Of a stretch of DNA of 64,000 bases, positions 62,157-64,000 are shown piece after piece. The notes under the pieces are model-generated. The model did not search any database, had not been told where the DNA came from, and saw only the letters and a list, made by a program, of their open reading frames with translations. This stretch comes from Promethearchaeota archaeon. Lineage in GTDB: Archaea > Asgardarchaeota > Lokiarchaeia > Sigyniarchaeales > SOKP01. Where the stretch lies: assembly GCA_030603385.1 (NCBI GenBank), contig JAUVXW010000006.1, positions 32,001-96,000 on the forward strand, read 5' to 3'. Position 1 is the stretch's first letter, and the number at the start of each line of letters is the position of its first letter. Position numbers and translations under genes: made by a program.

Positions 62157-62586
62157 ATGTCTAAAGATAAAATAATAAAGGTTCTTGTATGTAAGCCTGG
62201 GCTTGACGGGGGTTTTTAGAGCCTCCGGGCTTAACGGGCATGATAGAGGAGCCAAAGTTTTGGCTAGAGCTTTAAGAGATGCGGGAATGGAAGTTATTTA
62301 TACAGGTATCCATCAAACGCCTGATGACATCGTTAATACTGTCATCCAAGAAGATCCTGATGCAGTAATGTTAAGTATATTATCAGGATCTCATAATGCT
62401 CTTTGTCCTATTATTATGCAAAAACTTAAGGAACAAGGTATCGATGATGTCCTTGTAGCTGTTGGAGGTATTATCCCTGATGAAGATAAACCTTTCTTAG
62501 AGGAACAGGGTTTGAAGGGATTTTACGGACCAGGAACTAATTTGAGTACGATTGTTGAATTTGTGAAAAACAACTTAAAAAGATAA
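62157..62586 (+). CDS. Cobalamin-binding small subunit of acyl-CoA mutase, split by a 28-nt intron: join(62157..62205,62234..62586), 133 aa
   Basis: GGTGA RBS (62146-50), ATG 62157. Exon 1 MSKDKIIKVLVCKPGL(D) plus exon 2 GHDRGAKV...SILSGSH...VGGIIP...GPGT. The unspliced frame stops at TAG 62217-19. Confidence 0.88.
62206..62233 (+). other. Putative 28-nt BHB mRNA intron
   Basis: Complete hBHBh': outer helix GCCUG/CGGGC, central helix GGCU/GGCU, bulges UGA and UAA, 9-bp intron hairpin; canonical cuts remove exactly 28 nt and restore the frame and DGHDRG. Confidence 0.82.
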
Positions 62587-62593
62587 CAAAATA

Positions 62594-63586
62594 ATGGATT
62601 ACTCTGATTTAACTAAAAGCTTAATAAAAGGCAATACTCGTGCTGCGGCAAGGTTAATTACTATTGTAGAAAATGATATCGAAGCTGCTGAAGAAATAAT
62701 AAATTCTATTTATCAGTATACAGGTAAAGCCTATATTTTAGGTGTAACTGGATCACCTGGTAGTGGGAAAAGCACTTTTATTTCAACATTAACTAAGAGT
62801 TATATTGACTTAGGTAAGAAAGTTGGAATTATTTGTGTTGATCCGACGTCTCCTTTAACAGGAGGAGCATTATTAGGAGATAGGATTCGTATGAAACAAT
62901 ATTTTTCATTAGATAATGTTTTTATTAGAAGTATGGCAAATCGAGGACAATTGGGTGGGTTGGCGAGAGCAACTGAAGATGTAATCAAAATATTAGATGC
63001 TTATGGATGTGATATAATAATTGTTGAAACCGTCGGTGTTGGACAATCTGAGGTTGATATCTTTAAATCTGCTCACACGGTGGTGGTTTTAGTAGTTCCT
63101 GGATTAGGAGACGAAATTCAAGCAATTAAAGCAGGTATAATGGAAATTACTGATGTTTTCGTTGTTAACAAGATGGACTTGCCTGGAGCAGATAAAAAAG
63201 TGGCTGATATCATGCAGATGCTAGAATTTAAAAAGAGTTATAAATATGAATCTGAAGATATCAGTGATAAATTTGCCAAAATAAATCAATGGACACCAGA
63301 GATCACGAAAGTTAACTCAAAAACAGGAGAAAATTTTGATAAGCTACTCAAACTGATAAATAAACACAAAACCTTTTTACAAGATTCAGGAGTTATCTCA
63401 AATTATATGAAAAATCGAATTAAAAGCGAAACAATCCAGATTTTAAAATATAAATTAACCAAAAAAGCCGAAGAATTAATAAATTCTAATAATAAAATTG
63501 AGGAATTTATTGAAAAAGCAATTAAAAAGTCTTTGGATCCTTATTCTTTAGCGGGAGAAATTTTAAAACTCTTTTTTGAAAAATAG
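62594..63586 (+). CDS. meaB: MeaB/ArgK GTPase chaperone of B12 mutases
   Basis: GVTGSPGSGKST, VDPTSP, GGALLGDRIRM, ETVGVGQSE, NKMD. Confidence 0.95.
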   Translation: MDYSDLTKSLIKGNTRAAARLITIVENDIEAAEEIINSIYQYTGKAYILGVTGSPGSGKSTFISTLTKSYIDLGKKVGIICVDPTSPLTGGALLGDRIRMKQYFSLDNVFIRSMANRGQLGGLARATEDVIKILDAYGCDIIIVETVGVGQSEVDIFKSAHTVVVLVVPGLGDEIQAIKAGIMEITDVFVVNKMDLPGADKKVADIMQMLEFKKSYKYESEDISDKFAKINQWTPEITKVNSKTGENFDKLLKLINKHKTFLQDSGVISNYMKNRIKSETIQILKYKLTKKAEELINSNNKIEEFIEKAIKKSLDPYSLAGEILKLFFEK

Positions 63587-63591
63587 ATCAA

Positions 63592-63846
63592 TTAGGATTT
63601 CTTTTTTGGGTCAATCCATTCAGAATAAATTTCTATAAGTGTCAAAGATTTACTCCTCTGGCATTTCTCGCATTCTTCATCTGTGAGTTTTTTGAATACA
63701 AAATCTCCAGCTTTGAATTGTCTTAAGAAATCCGCTTGACATGCACTGCATTTTATAACACTATGCTTTTTCTCAACAAATCTTTTCTTTCGGTCTAATA
63801 TATCTCCCACCGCAGGAATTGGGGGAAACTGTGGCTCGTCGCTCAT
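63592..63846 (-). CDS. Small zinc-ribbon protein
   Basis: CSAC...F..GDFVFK...CEKC...IEIY. Confidence 0.7.
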   Translation of the reverse strand: MSDEPQFPPIPAVGDILDRKKRFVEKKHSVIKCSACQADFLRQFKAGDFVFKKLTDEECEKCQRSKSLTLIEIYSEWIDPKKKS

Positions 63847-64000
63847 TGTGTGTTTACCTTATTTATTATTTCAAAAATAGTGTTATTCTAATTATTATTA
63901 TGTAATAAAACAATACAATCCTATTAACTTTTTAGGTTTAATTCTAAAATATTAAAAATTAAATTAAGAAAAAAAATTTGATTTTAAATTACGAACCAAT

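Noticed and set aside
62208-62238. +1 frameshift at TTT-TAG, or ribosomal hop GGG to GGG, as the explanation of the mutase split
   Set aside because: A frameshift would leave about 9 extra residues and NGHDRG in the B12 loop. Hopping is formally possible, but the full hBHBh' geometry predicting exactly 28 nt is the simpler explanation. Disfavoured, not excluded.
62185-62586. ORF-track protein starting MYVSLGLTGVFRASGLNGHDRG
   Set aside because: It lacks the first beta-strand and has Asn in place of the conserved Asp. The RBS-supported N-terminus is in another frame at 62157.
1393-62988. Numerous 60-130 aa ORFs antisense to or nested in long genes (e.g. 6767..7066, 31638..32015, 51261..51650, 40436..40624)
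   Set aside because: Shadow ORFs without motifs or RBS, overlapping well-supported genes or promoter regions.
1-64000. tRNA, rRNA, CRISPR arrays, transposases or integrases
   Set aside because: No cloverleaf, GC-rich structural RNA, regular repeat-spacer array or mobile-element ORF was recognised by eye; small RNAs could have been missed.

Overview
AT-rich archaeal chromosomal window, almost certainly from an Asgard (Lokiarchaeia/Promethearchaeota-type) genome. Support: GGTGA/GAGGTG ribosome-binding sites, archaeal uL16, a Loki-CTERM-type surface protein, several eukaryote-signature-like proteins (Ras/Rab-like, Rag-like and MglA-like GTPases, arrestin/Vps26-like, PCI-like, TPR, HEAT) and a eukaryote-like SECIS. 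A 22.6-kb co-oriented minus-strand redox cluster (12684-35289) encodes five HdrA, four MvhD, two HdrD-like and two FrhB-family proteins. It begins with a selenoprotein pair that the ORF track fragments or misses: HdrA with 4 in-frame UGA and MvhD with 2, followed by one AUGA...GA SECIS. Main finding: two protein-coding genes contain tiny insertions that fold into bulge-helix-bulge (BHB) motifs, the substrate of the archaeal tRNA-splicing endonuclease. (1) A frame-breaking 28-nt insert with a stop codon in the B12-binding subunit of an acyl-CoA mutase (62206-62233); removal at the canonical BHB cut sites restores GLDGHDRG. (2) An in-frame 30-nt insert 7 nt after the first Sec codon of hdrA (35190-35219); removal restores CxUGINI. 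Together these suggest BHB-type mRNA micro-introns in Asgard metabolic genes. No rRNA, tRNA, CRISPR array or mobile element was recognised. All product calls come from motif recognition by eye, without database searches.
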